From assembly GCF_006345805.1 (NCBI RefSeq), contig NW_021831847.1:124001-188000 (forward strand): a stretch of DNA of 64,000 nucleotides, given 5' to 3'. The notes under the pieces are model-generated. The model ran no database searches. It saw only the letters and a list, made by a program, of their open reading frames with translations, and was not told the DNA's origin. Both the position numbers and the translations under genes were made by a program. This document shows, one piece after another, positions 39,331-52,228 of the stretch (its first letter is position 1; every line of letters begins with the position of its first letter). The stretch comes from Octopus sinensis. Lineage: Eukaryota.

Positions 39331-40203
39331 TCAACGCAGAGGAACTTGACGATTTCTATTCGTCCTTATGATCGGCTTACTTATCCCTGTCCAGCTCCGA
39401 CATGCTCTTTATAGCTGGAGATTAAAATGCAAAAGTGCAAAACGCCTTGACAAATCAATTTGCCTGGGCAGTTTCGAAGGATCAGAAATCTGTCCGGAAA
39501 GCACTCATATTTTTTTATAAGTAGTTTGCACTGTTCCTCTGTAACAAGACATTCCGACAAGCAGCTCGACATGCTACGACGTGAACAGGCCAGAAAAAAG
39601 ACTGCTATGTAACATTCAATAAAATTGATTACATACTATGCAGACAAACACAGAAGGGGTTATTCACAGACTTCCGTAAGTACAGTGGCATGATTACCTT
39701 GAGTAATCACCGTTTCATTGCACCTTGTACACAGGAAAGGATATTGGCCGTGCAGACCTTTTGTGTTTCAGATAATATTCATATAAAGTATGGCGAGAAA
39801 TACTCAAAATGCTGCACACTATTAAATAGACTACTATGGAAGTATATTTCGATCAGAGTTAAAAAGGCTGCTGAGTGGAATTCGTCCAAGGACATTCAAG
39901 GAAGTTTTGACAAAGAAATAAACAAATTAGCAAAGAACAAAAGAAACTCCATCGATTAAATGAATCTTAAAACACAATCGACCTCACTGATTTTTGACTG
40001 TACAACTCAGAATTCAACTTTACAAATGTCGATCCGATCCTCCTCTACAACTCTAACCGCTAAAGAACGGAAACAGATAAACTATTTTCACATAAAAGTC
40101 TATAAGAAATTGATAATATCACTTCCAATATTTATGAATAAAATTTATCTAATAATTATATCTTTATATAATAAAATTAAGTTTAATTAAAACAACAGTG
40201 TAG

Positions 40204-40864
40204 ATGGAGAAGGCCTTATTTGCAATGTCCTGATTTTGGGGTCCGGAGGCACTATTTGGGTGTGTCTCCGGCGTAATTAGAACGAGGGTTGGATTTACTG
40301 GTGGGAAAAAGCTCAACCCTTCATATCACAATCTGTAAAATTAGTTAATAAATTCAACAGAGGAGATCATACTGAGACTGTCGAAATTGAGTTCGATTCA
40401 AATATAACATCCTATGAAAAACTTGTCGAAATGTTTTGGGAGAATCACGACTATAAATCCTTGAGAACACGGCAATACATGTCTGCCATTTTCACTCTCA
40501 GTCACAAACAACTCGCTGTGGCCATGTCTTCTAAAATCAATCATGAAAACGTCGGGGTGGTCAACACAGTCGTAGAACCAGCCGGAAAATTTTATGTAGC
40601 GGAAAAGTAATTACTTAACCTAATTGTGGTTAGTTATCATCAGAAATATATATTGCGCACATGTTCAAAGATTTTCGACGCTTTGAAGTTGAATGACAGC
40701 CAAGTAATTGAATCACATGCGGCCTGTAGACTGAACGGTTATCTCGCTGGATATGGGAATTTAGAAGCTTTTGACAAAGTTTTATTTTGAAATATAGTCA
40801 GGAATGTGGAGACTGGGGACTTTCAGAATCTGTTTTGGAAAAAGTTAGAGAGATTATCAAATGA
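40204..40864 (+). CDS. MSRA: Peptide methionine sulfoxide reductase A with in-frame TGA (probable selenocysteine) at the catalytic position; 4 exons
   Basis: MEKALFAMS-TGA(40231-40233)-FWGPEALFG...GDHTETV...FWENHD...QYMSAIF...FYVAENYHQKY...SHAACRLNGY. Introns 40335-40360, 40607-40633 and 40779-40801. No other disruption; stop at 40862-40864. Confidence 0.92.
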
Positions 40865-40876
40865 ATGATTTGTTTT

Positions 40877-40937
40877 ATTCCCGATGTGACGAATTTGAAC
40901 GCAAGTTTGGTCATTTTCTGAAATACGGATGAATAAA
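40877..40937 (+). promoter_or_regulatory. Candidate SECIS element (GUGA variant) followed by AATAAA
   Basis: GTGA (40886) ... TGAA (40919) can form the GA/AG core. Upper stem gaa..tga/tca..ttc, apical AA with c-gcaa-g, lower stem attc.ccg/cgg..gaat. Folded by eye only. Confidence 0.55.
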
Positions 40938-41399
40938 ACAAATTAATTAATCTTTAACCAATATAATAAAGTCATTAAGACTGGATTGAAATACGCGGTA
41001 CGAAGGGTAGTCGGCTTCGTTGTCTAATTAGTGTGGCGTTATTTAGAGCAACGGTTCTTAGATTTGGCTTTCAGGAGGTTTTAGTTAGTTAGTCGCTCCG
41101 AACTGCCGGCATGCAGGAAGCCGGTTACTATTAAACGACGCACAGCCTTGGGCGGTCTCTCTAAGGATCTCAAAGCGCTGCGTGTTGAGCGAAATTACCG
41201 TTCAATACCTTAACATTGTGCACAATGACTGGCCTGGATTGCAAATTCTGCCACAATATTACTAAACTGGCTCTTGATATCGAGTTGGACGTTGAGAATT
41301 TGTGATTCCAAAACATCCCTCACGTCCGTCCCCGGCTGGGAGTTCCACTTTGTTAAACGATAAATCTAAATTAGCTGCAAGCACCAATAACTTTATTGA

Positions 41400-42300
41400 A
41401 TGCCACAATAAACGGGGTTTTAACGTTAATTATTAGTTTAATTATCTCGATCGTCTGCTTCTCCAATTCATGCATCACATCGACTACCAACATTGCAATA
41501 TCACACAACAACGACCCACGTGACCTCAAATTACTACAAAATCAATAATATCAAAGACCTAAGGGTCTCGTCCGGGAAACTTGTATTTTCCACAGTCGAT
41601 CTATCAAAATTGTCCCTTATCGAGACCTGAAATAATATTTTTAGGGGATTACCCCTTCTTCGTAACAATTCGTTAACTTTTAACGGTCTTTGTTGATTTT
41701 ACTGTTTGCTAATTTATTTTCCGCGATTTGACGTTTTTTGAGTTCTCGGGCTTCTTGCTTGGCCTTATCCTCTTTTTCGAGCCTCAGTTTTTTTCTTCAT
41801 TGCTTTTTTAGGAAGAGCTTCTTGTTTTAATCTCAGGCGTTCTTCTTCCCGCTCTTTTATTATCATTGCTTTACGAATTTGGGCGTCAAACTGTTTTATT
41901 TAAAAAGTAAAAACCCGCATTTCTTTTTTTTTATTTTTTTGATGAGACTTTTTCTGGTTCCTGTTTCTCCTTTGTGATGTCCTTTTCAGGCACTTCTTCC
42001 TGGACAGGTAGAATGTGTTCGTTTTCAGTTTTTGTTTCTTTTCGCTTTTGTTTGTCTTTTAGCTTTTTCTCCTGTTTTTTTGAGCTGCTGTTTTCATTCC
42101 CCCCCTTTTGAGCATTGTCATTGTTTTCCTCGATCAAAAGGGTGGTTTCCGGTGGATTGTTGGCAGTCATTTTGTTTTTTTATTTCTAGTTTATAGAATT
42201 ACCTTTTTAAATTTTTTTACTTTCTTTTTGTATCATTCTCAAATTCATCACAAAAATCAGACATCACGAGAGACAATATTAGATGTTGGCCATACAATAG
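41400..42300 (-). CDS. Unidentified Lys/Glu-rich spliced gene
   Basis: ORF 41931..42170 and a downstream open frame ([14 protein letters not shown]...) are separated by short GT-AG segments. Confidence 0.3.
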
Positions 42301-42574
42301 TGATTTTGATTCTGAAAAGAAAAATGTTTTTTAGTTCAATGTAGGGAAAGAACACATTGGCTTATATGCTATGCGACGCTAAACACATTAAATAGGTACA
42401 CCATCGAACGACATCATCGTTCTAAATCCGACTTTTATTTCAGTGAAAACCTCATTAACTTGCATTTCAGGCGAGTAAAGAAAAAGAAAATTGAACTTTC
42501 TGAATTCAGAATATTTAAAAACGAAAACTGAACTTTCTGAATTCAGAATATTTTATTCAAAATTCTGGGTTCCC

Positions 42575-42973
42575 CGATTTTTAACACCGGAGTATGGTAA
42601 ACGTCCTGACGGCCTAACGACTTTCCCCTTCGAAAATGGCAAGTCGCTCATTTGGGACGCAACTTGCACGGACACCTTCTCTGCCGGAAACATCTTTACG
42701 TCAGCCGCAGAGCCGGGCTCCGCAGCTAACCTGGTCGAAAAGCTAAAAATCAAGAAATACAGTGCATTATCTCACCACCATATCTTTGCCCCGATCGCAG
42801 TGGAGACGTCGGGAGTCATCGGTCCCAGAACTAAAAAATTCCTTATTAAACTGGGGGACCTAACAAACAGAAGGAGAAATAATCATCGGAAACGGGCATG
42901 GCTTTTCCAACGCATATCAATAGCCATCTTGCGTGAGAATTGTCATTCCATCTTATCCTTTGCTGCTAATTAA
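42575..42973 (+). mobile_element. CRE-like non-LTR RLE-domain 3' fragment
   Basis: GKRPDGLTTFPFENGKSLIWDATCTDT...FAPIAVETSG...LFQRISIAILREN. Confidence 0.85.
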
Positions 42974-43245
42974 ATACTATGAAAATAATTGTTTCTGTAA
43001 AAAAATTTTTTTTAACAGCTTATTTGATCACAAATGGAGCCTGATACTGATGGCAAATTATTTAAGAAGGCAATTCAGTAATTCAAGGAGGTATGTTTAA
43101 GAATCAAAAATTCGTTAACTTTGTTGAACATTGATTTTACTTTAGTATCGGTTCCAACGATTTCTTGAGACGACGGCGTAGCATCGTAGTGTCTATACAC
43201 TTTCCATCCACCCGTCAAATAGATTTTCTATTTGTCTCATATCTT

Positions 43246-43715
<470 letters not shown>

Positions 43716-43724
43716 AAACTAATA

Positions 43725-44095
43725 TTAGAGCTTCAACATTAATGCTTAATACATCAACACTAATGCGTGATGAGTCAACACTAATAATTAATGCGTCAAC
43801 ACTAATTTTGTACTTGGAAAATTCTAGACGCATGTTGAACGGCCACTACCTCAGACCCCATAATAAAGTGATCGAATTCCTGCTTTTGCATTTATGTCAC
43901 AAATATGGAATAAAAAAGTCAAAAAAATTAAAAAAATTCCATGGAGTCCAATTTGTTGACACCAATGAATTTGTGATAATCCGAGTTGACACAAACTCCG
44001 ACAGATACTGCTATCTCGAATAACAAATCAGCAATTTTTGTTCACGACAAATCGAGCAACACAATTAAATTTATCGAGATGGGGATCATTATTCT
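43725..44095 (+). mobile_element. RLE non-LTR fragment preceded by a 21-bp repeat (tcaacactaat x4)
   Basis: HNKVIEFLLLHLCHKYGIKKSKKL...IRVDT matches the element at 6.6-7.1 kb. Confidence 0.75.
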
Positions 44096-44325
44096 AGTCC
44101 AGGTCAAGAAAGAAATTATTATCGTGTAATGTCTCCAGACCGGGTCATTGACAGCACACAATTCCGATCCATAAAAGTTCCCAGAATGGAATAACGTTTA
44201 TCGACTGTCTCTGAAAATTTTTTTTTGTCGTTTTTTAAAGATTTAAAAATCAACAAAATTTAATTTTTTGTAAACAATAATATCACACTTGATTATTAAA
44301 ATATTTCATAGATAATAAATAGAAC

Positions 44326-45748
44326 ATGCTAATTATCTTTTGTTTGACTGTTGTATTTCAATTTTCAACACCAATCGAGTTATGATTGGATAAAACTATT
44401 TTAGTGTTCCAGAATATACAATAAATCTCGATTTGTCTCCTCATGAAAGATGGAGAGAGGTCCTTACTGACAAAAACGAATCAGTTGAAATAAAAATAAT
44501 AATTTTAGATTTGGGCAATTAAAGGATTTATTGAAAAATTGATAAAAGATGTCCCATTTGTTGGAAAAATTATTTTAAATAAGATCAGCCATTTGGATGT
44601 AAAATTATATAAATTTTAATAATTAGAACTATTTATACAAAATTCCGATTAAATATCAAAACGAAATTAGAGCAGCACATGAAATTACCAAAATTGACAG
44701 GGGTTAGTCTTAGTTAGTTGAATTGTCGAAGGGTGGTTGATTATGATGAATTTTTTAATGGAAATAACCACGTTTTGTACTTCAATCGTGGCTAAGAACT
44801 CGAATGGAGGTTCTTCTTTCTATTTACATAATATAGAACAATTTTTTGCTAGAAGTCTCGATTTTGGTTTACTTGGGTTTATTTTTTCAATATTGACTAA
44901 CAAATTTAGATTTGATTTTGTTCATCGATCATTTCCAATGGTCGATTATATCAGAAATCTTACAGTTATTACACATTTTTACAGAGGAGGGGAGTCTTTG
45001 TTCACTTCTATAACCTCTGCCGGATATTTTGGGGTAATTACCGGACTTAAAAATGTTGTTTTCTAAATTTATATATTCAGGGAAAATTTGCTGTGAGCAT
45101 AAATCAGAGAGTTGAGCCTCTAAAACAACTTCCTGGACTTATTTGTGAGCTTCTTCATTAATATATTAGCATTAATTGAATTTATTTTCATCGGTTGTAA
45201 AAAGAAACAATTTGCATCATTTTTGGTCAGAGATGTCCTTGAAAGTTCTTCCACATATGACGAGGCTGTAAATCGACTCAAATCAACTCCCATTATATCG
45301 CCATGCTACTTCATTGTGGGTTCAGTTAACGAATCAGATGTTTTGTAAAATTAATGACTTTGAAAGGGGACTGTGATTACACGTACCTCTACCAAATACA
45401 ATCTTTGGAATATGACCGACAATAGCAACATTGGGAATCCATGGTTTATTCTGCAGACAAATTATGATCATTATTCAAATACACACTTTGGCGATAATAG
45501 ACGTCAAAAGGGATACCAATATATGAGAGAAGCCAGTATAAATGTACTAATTCTACTATTAATGATGATTAGTCCATGGGAAATGATGGATTGATCAATG
45601 TACTGAGTAAAATTCCTCTGCTAAACAAGGTCGTTTTGTTTTGCTTTAGAATTAGTTGACTGTATATTCTGTCGTATTTGACATTAAACGATCTGAACTT
45701 TTGCTTAAGATGCAGTACTGTACTCAGCCCGAATGTCCTCTCTTTTAA
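44326..45748 (+). CDS. ASAH1: Acid ceramidase-like Ntn hydrolase (ASAH1/NAAA family), multi-exon
   Basis: VPEYTINLDLSPHERWRE, nucleophile CTSIVA, RSLDFG, AGYFGVITGLK, ILQTNYDH and C-terminal CTQPECPLF. Confidence 0.8.
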
Positions 45749-45964
45749 CCTAATATCCTATACTACTAACCTGCATTCTTTAAGTTACGTGTTACTCTAA
45801 ATTGACGTATAATATGTAGACAGTCTATATAAACGTTAAAGTAAAATTTAATCTATCTACTCTTTGGGAATATATTTACTAAATGAAAGTCCAAAAACAA
45901 AGTTGGATGCTCGCTAGGTAAGCAGCTAAGAAAATAGTCGAGAGCCTAAAGGTCACCTTAATGA

Positions 45965-46186
45965 CGCCTCGCTGCGTATTGAATAGCAGTTTCAGCGGAG
46001 CACAGTGACCGAGGCAAGGGGGAAAATTTTAAAGCGTACAAAATTTTTTTTACTCTTCGGCCTGAGCACTCTAGACAGTCCTATGTAGGATCGTCGCAGA
46101 AAAAGAGTCACGCAGGTAGCATCCCAAACCATAAACTTTCCTTCCATAAAAAGAAAGGTAGTCGCCCAGTCGGGAAAGACCGTCAC
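45965..46186 (-). mobile_element. CRE-like RLE fragment
   Basis: [23 protein letters not shown] parallels the 34.5 and 42.6 kb copies. Confidence 0.65.
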
Positions 46187-47020
46187 TCCGGGAAAGACCG
46201 ACTGGCTCTAGAGTGGAAAGGAAACCTGCCGACTCTAGAGCTCTTCTGACAACGTCGTTGAGTTGAGAGTGGCGGAGAATTCAACCAGCACTCTTCCTGA
46301 AGACAAGGCCTTAGTCCCGTTTGGCGAAATTCTTGTCTGCTCTTTTCTCCTGTTTCTATTTTTTTTATTTTTTTCTCTATTATTTGTTTAATCTTATTCC
46401 TGTCTTTTTCTGCCAACCTTATTTGATTTGTATTTTTTTCTTGTCTTTTTTATCTTAGTGTTTGTCTTTCTCGAGACGGCATTGAAAAAACCGAACGGGA
46501 GAATTTGCCCCGTCCTAATTATCAACGTTTTCAAAAAATTTTCTGCAAAAATTGTCAATCGGAAAATTGTTCCTTCTGCCAACAATCTCTTGCTACTTTC
46601 AAGTGCCTACTAGCTACAGCTCATGGCATATGTCACATTGTTTTTTAAAAGAAAATTTACTTTCTCTTAAAACTTTATGTTTCAGATGGGTTTAACCTAG
46701 TCGGCCTTGATCATATTCTTGAAGTTGTTCATAATCATTTCCCTTCTTTATATCCCATCTCTTTATATCCCTGGCTGCCTTTTTTCTAGAGATAGTATTA
46801 TTTGGTTCAATACAGGAATCCAGCAACTTCCCCTCTCTTTCGCCTTGTCTGTCGATCCCGTTGCTAGTTTCCTAAATCCAAAATGAATTTTTGGTATTTC
46901 GACGATCTCACTTTTGGGAAGTCATTTACTTGGTTCTAAATAGAGTTTACTAAAAATCGAAAAAAGTCCTCAAACTTAATTTTGTTTAAATGTTTGATGA
47001 ACACTAAAGTTAATGTTAGT

Positions 47021-49532
47021 CTACTACAGGGCGAACCTTAAGGTAAGAAACATCAGAATTGTGGAGGAGTCACTCTGTGAACTTATTGTGCTCGAGCTGC
47101 ACACGACTGCTGGCTGGCTAACCGTCGGGGGAATGTACTCAAAGTCGCTAAGGCGCTATTCAAACGTTATTGGGACGTTCTTTGAGGAAAATTGCCTGTC
47201 AATCCTAGCAGGAGATCTTAATGCCAAAAATGTGAGTTATGGATGTGAAACTACGAATATGGATGGAACTGTCCTTGAGGACTTGGCCAGTAGCTTGGGT
47301 TTTTCGGTCTTTACATCGGAAGAATTGAATCATTATGCAGACAGAGGCAGGGCTGATCGCTTGGGTCTCTTTCTATGCTCGGCATCAATTAGTCCTTTAT
47401 GTTACATACCGAGGTTGGAAGCGGACATTGGCTCTGACCACGTGCCGCAAACGATGTTGATAAAGATGACTATGAATGTTACGGAGGACTTGTTCATTGG
47501 TTACAACCTCGTGAACATGAACTGGAGTTTATTCGAATCATATATGCGGGATTCTCTTCGAAATGTCGTGTCTCAGCCTCTGAGAAGCAGAGATGATATT
47601 GACAATCTCGATGATCACCTTAGATCGTCAATCATAAAATTCCTGGATGTTTATGCATTAAAAAATGTATGGAAACCCAAAGGAACGCAAAAGCGGATGA
47701 ATTCGAAACTTGTCACTCTGATCAGAACGAAAGGTACCCTGGAAAATCGCAGGAGAAGATGTCGGGTTGAGTCAATCAAATGCCGCCTGAAATTGGAGAT
47801 CGACAAGATAAAATTTACTATTGCAAAAATGGCCAAGACTGAGGTCGAAAGTAAATGGAGGTCTGAATGCAGAAAACTGGATAAGCGAAACCCTAATTTC
47901 TGGAAAGCATATCAACGCCTTACCAGAAATGATGCCAAAGGATTTGAAATTTCACTAAAAGAACCAGACGGGAAATATATCTCCTCTGATCGTATCCCGG
48001 AAGTACTCAGGAACCAACTTAGTCAGGTTCAAGAGGTCGAATCTACCGTTCCACGAGGGACTTATGACCGAATTGTGAAGAAGCTTGGCTCTTCGCAATT
48101 ATCGGAGGGACCATTATGTGGGGCGATAACACAGGAAGAGGTTGAAAGGGCAATTGCTGGGTTGAAGAACAAGGCGCCTGGCTTCGACTACATCCCTCCG
48201 AAGTTGTTAAAGAAGGCCCCTGAAATCTTGATACGAGCATTGACTATGTTGTTTCACGCCAGCTGGACGTTCGGACACCTTCCATCGGCGTGGAAGCATA
48301 CGATTGTTCGAATGATTCCAAAATCTGGTAAATCGACACTGCTGGCACAGAACTACCGGCCAATTAGCCTCATTTGTGCTTTCTCTAAGACAATGGAAAA
48401 GATTGTCTTTAACAGACTCTCTGGTCATATAGAATCACAAAATTTGCTTTTACCTGAACAATGGGGATTTCGTGGAGGAAGATCCACAGGGGACTGCCTC
48501 AGGGAGTTAGAGCACCAATTATCCCGTGCTGACAGAAATGAAGCATGGCTAACTGTGGTGTGTCTGGATCTGGCCAAAGCCTTCGATAGCGTGTGGCACC
48601 TGGGCCTACTCTCCAGAATCCATGACATCGGAGCCGGGATAAAGACCTATCGATGGCTGGAGAGCTTCTTGTCAGGAAGACAATCATTTGTCCGCTGTGG
48701 AAACCGTCTATCGGGGTGTGTGGAACTTAGAAGGGGAGTCCCGCAGGGATCTATCTTGAGTCCACTTCTGTTCAACCTCTTCTTGGCGGACATTCCTCTG
48801 CCGTCGACACGTACTGGCAAGCTCGTTATCTATGCTGACGATATCCTGGTCATGGATACCTCGAAAAGGATATCGCAGTCTTGGAGACGACTGAAATCAT
48901 ACATTGCAACGCTAAAGATGTGGACTATAGAGAAGGGTTTGACCCTAGCACCGGAGAAGAGCACCATTTCATGGTTGCGGAGAGGGAGTCGCTATGCGGA
49001 GTCTTGTGCATATGCGATGAGTAGCTATGTGATGGATCTCTCGAAAAGAAAAAATCTTTCTTACCTGGGAGCAACCATTAACTGTCGTGGCTCGTACGTA
49101 GAGCATATAGCAAATCAGAGAAAGAGGAGTGTGAGGATCCTGAAAAGCTTAACCAGGTTCCATCTGGATCCGGAAACGTACATCTACGTATACAAAACGT
49201 GTGTGCAGCCAGTCCTCACATATGGCTACGAGGGCTGGTACGGTACGGAGGAGAGTGACTACCTGATCGAACAGTTGGAAAAGACAAGACGTCTCGCTAT
49301 GAAATTGGCTTACGGAGTACAACTTGACGGAAGGCTAAAAGACTCACAAGAATCCTCTGTGCCCACGATCCGGATGGTCTTGGAGAATTGTCGTCAAACA
49401 TGACTAGTATTGGGGATACGCATGGAAAGAGACACTTCGGTGCCTTGTTTTTATCTCCCCGCCGATGTTTTTCTTCCTTGTTTTTCTTTTTCTTTTCGCT
49501 CAATAAACACTATTCTATTCTATTCTATTCTA
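47021..49532 (+). mobile_element. Young 5'-truncated APE+RT LINE (Jockey/I-like) with open ORF2 and (CTATT)n tail
   Basis: 16-bp TSD taaagttaatgttagt (47005-47020, 49533-49548). ORF 47013..49403 with GDLNAK, GSDH, NYRPISL, DLAKAFDSVWH, GVPQGSILSP and YADD. Confidence 0.97.
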
Positions 49533-49780
49533 TAAAGTTAATGTTAGTGAATTGAGCGAAACTTCATTTGTTTGCAAATTGAGCGTGGCGAAAGCGAATA
49601 GCCGCCTTGTAAAATCTTGTCTGGGCTCGTGAAGAGATCACCGAGCGAGGATGAAGTCCCTGGTTGAGTGCGTCGGGATCACGTGAGTTTTATTCGGTTT
49701 TTACCGCGGTCTTGATGTTTTCATAATAAGTAAATCTTTCAAGTATTTTGCTAAATTTTTCAATAATTTACTCTTCATCA

Positions 49781-50420
49781 TTACCTGAACATGCTGAATT
49801 TGATTAAAGTCAGATGATTGAGACACCTAATCAATAATTTTATATTTTCTATCATATATTCTGCTACTACTCGCGAAGTATTGCAAGGAGCATTATCTTG
49901 CCTGAAATAAACGATTTTAACTCCATTTTTATTGAGATTATTTAATAAAATGTCTAAATATTTCGTACTGCTCATTTTTACATTTATAGTAACGGGATTG
50001 CCCAGAGCATTAACTTCTTCCGCCACAATCAACAGTAGATTTTTTATAGGCAGAACCGTTTTCAGGGTAAACAATTTTTTGTACCTTACTTAAGCTGTTA
50101 TATTCGATCATTAGAGAAGTTTCTATTTTGTAAATATGAGAATAGATATTTTTCGCACATTCACCGAGTTGTAATTGTTTCTTTATAAATTAAAGACGCC
50201 TTTGAAAACAGTGTGCGTTATCGCTCCAACAAAAACCAAGATTTTGAATTTTCCAAATTTAAAATATTCTAAAAGTGCGTCGGGTCCATCCATGCATGCT
50301 ATTTTCTTAGCAATTCTTAAGAAGGTGTCTCTGATAGAAATTGATTGTAATTCTTTTTACTAATAGTAGTTAACCATGTTGAACGTTTAGCTCTCATGCA
50401 AAGAAATACTATATAAAAGA
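49781..50420 (-). mobile_element. Tc1/mariner (DDE_3) transposase remnant
   Basis: KMSSTKYLDIL...FRQDNAPC. Confidence 0.7.
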
Positions 50421-50870
50421 AAAACCAAGGCATATATGCAGTAAGTTATCAGAAACATAACTAAAAGATTTCTCAGAATCTGGATTGTAGATAGTTGCCA
50501 AAAATAACCATTTTGGTTTTTCTTAATCACTCTAAAAAATAAGGTTGTAGAGAGTCGGCTTAAATTTTTTTATTGATTTAATTTTAGAAAAAGGGTATAA
50601 GAAAGATGACAAAAACGGTATTTTTGACAAAAATAAAATTATATTTTAGACGATCCTCCAGTCTTCAGTATCGATTGGCTACTTGAAAAATAGCTTTTCT
50701 TATTTCTTGTTTTTGTTAACTTTGTTGTTGGTTTCGCTTAAGTTCAATTTAATCAATCTTAATAATAAAATGGTATGGTGTGTGTCTGTCTGTCTGTCTG
50801 TCTGTCTGTGTGTCTGTCTGTGTGTCTGTCTGTCTGTCTGTCTGTGTGTGCACACCAACTTCAAATTGGC

Positions 50871-51860
50871 AATACGATGTCCTCGACTTACATGATGAGG
50901 TCCTTAAAACCTTCCCCCCAAAAAAAATTAAAAAAAATTTTTCTGCGTTTTGGTCAAAATGAACAACTACGATGTCCTCGACTTACATGATGAGGTCCTT
51001 AAAACCTTCCCCCCCAAAAAAAATTAAAAAAAAATTTTCTGCATTTTGGTTAAAATGAACAACTACGATGTCCTCGACTTACATGATGAGGTCCTTAAAA
51101 CCTTCCCCCCCAAAAAAATTAAAAAAAAATTTTCTGCATTTTGGTTAAAATGAATAACTACGATGTCCTCGACTTACATGATGAGGTCCTTAAAACCTTC
51201 CCCCCAAAAAAATTAAAAAAAAATTTTCTGCATTTTGGTTAAAATGAATAACTACGATGTCCTCGACTTACATGATGAGGTCCTTAAAACCTTCCCCCCA
51301 AAAAAATTAAAAAAAAATTTTCTGCATTTTGGTTAAAATGAACAACTACGATGTCCTCGACTTACATGATGAGGTCCTTAAAACCTTCCCCCCAAAAAAA
51401 TTAAAAAAAAATTTTCTGCATTTTGGTTAAAATGAACAACTACGATGTCCTCGACTTACATGATGAGGTCCTTAAAACCTTCCCCCCCAAAAAAATTAAA
51501 AAAAAATTTTCTGCGTTTTGGTTAAAATGAATAACTACGATGTCCTCGACTTACATGATGAGGTCCTAAAACCTTCCCCCCCAAAAAAATTAAAAAAAAA
51601 TTTTCTGCATTTTGGTTAAAATGAACAACTACGATGTCCTCGACTTACATGATGAGGTCCTTAAAACCTTCCCCCCCAAAAAAATTAAAAAAAAATTTTC
51701 TGCATTTTGGTTAAAATGAACAACTACGATGTCCTCGACTTACATGATGAGGTCCTTAAAACCTCCCGCCAAAAAATCAAAAAATTATTTTCTGCATTTT
51801 GATTAAAATGAACAACGCGAATGTCCTCGACATTCATGATGAGGTCCATTAAAACTTTCC
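50871..51860 (+). repeat. Tandem array of ~94-96 bp units (9 near-identical, plus diverged 10th and partial 11th) inside the Helitron
   Basis: Unit starts at 50871, 50965, 51061, 51156, 51250, 51344, 51438, 51533, 51627 and 51722. Variation is mostly homopolymer length; there are no spacers. Confidence 0.97.
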
Positions 51861-52034
51861 AGGCAAAAATCTCTCGTATTAAGAATATCCTTGATGAAAA
51901 CGACAGCGAGAATATTAACAATGATGAACTCCCAATTATTCGCGATAAAGAAATTCAATTCATCCTATGTTTTTCTCTTTAAAATTAAATGCATATATCA
52001 TTAACGACCATGAATCAAAATTAAAGCTATTATC

Positions 52035-52228
52035 ATAGAGTGTGCAATTAACAGATTTTGAAAAACCACTTTGATAGTTGAAACCACATTAGCACAATCA
52101 TTAACACAATTTACCACCAATTGACGCACGACCTTGAATAGAGTGTGCAATTAACAGATTTTGAAAAACACTTTGATAGTTGAAACCACATTAGCACAAC
52201 CATTAACACAATTTACCACCAATTGACA
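52035..52228 (+). repeat. ~91-bp direct repeat (period 103) inside the Helitron
   Basis: atagagtgtgcaattaacagattttg...ttaccaccaattgac at 52035 and 52138. Confidence 0.9.

Noticed and set aside
39300-40100. Phospholipase C EF-hand-like minus-strand gene (VTEEQCKLLIKKYE)
   Set aside because: Only one short resemblance, with no X-box catalytic motifs recognisable.
40231-40233. Global TGA reassignment (alternative genetic code)
   Set aside because: TGA terminates MsrA itself and both LINE ORFs, and no other conserved gene here shows in-frame TGA at Trp or Cys positions.
49560-49700. 28S rRNA, U3 snoRNA or RNase MRP fragment
   Set aside because: Only short motif resemblances (gcgaaagcgaat, gaggatga, gaagtccc), with no continuous alignment or full box set.
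50871-51860. CRISPR-like regular array
   Set aside because: Units are contiguous near-identical ~94-bp repeats with no unique spacers, no cas genes, and a eukaryotic Helitron context.
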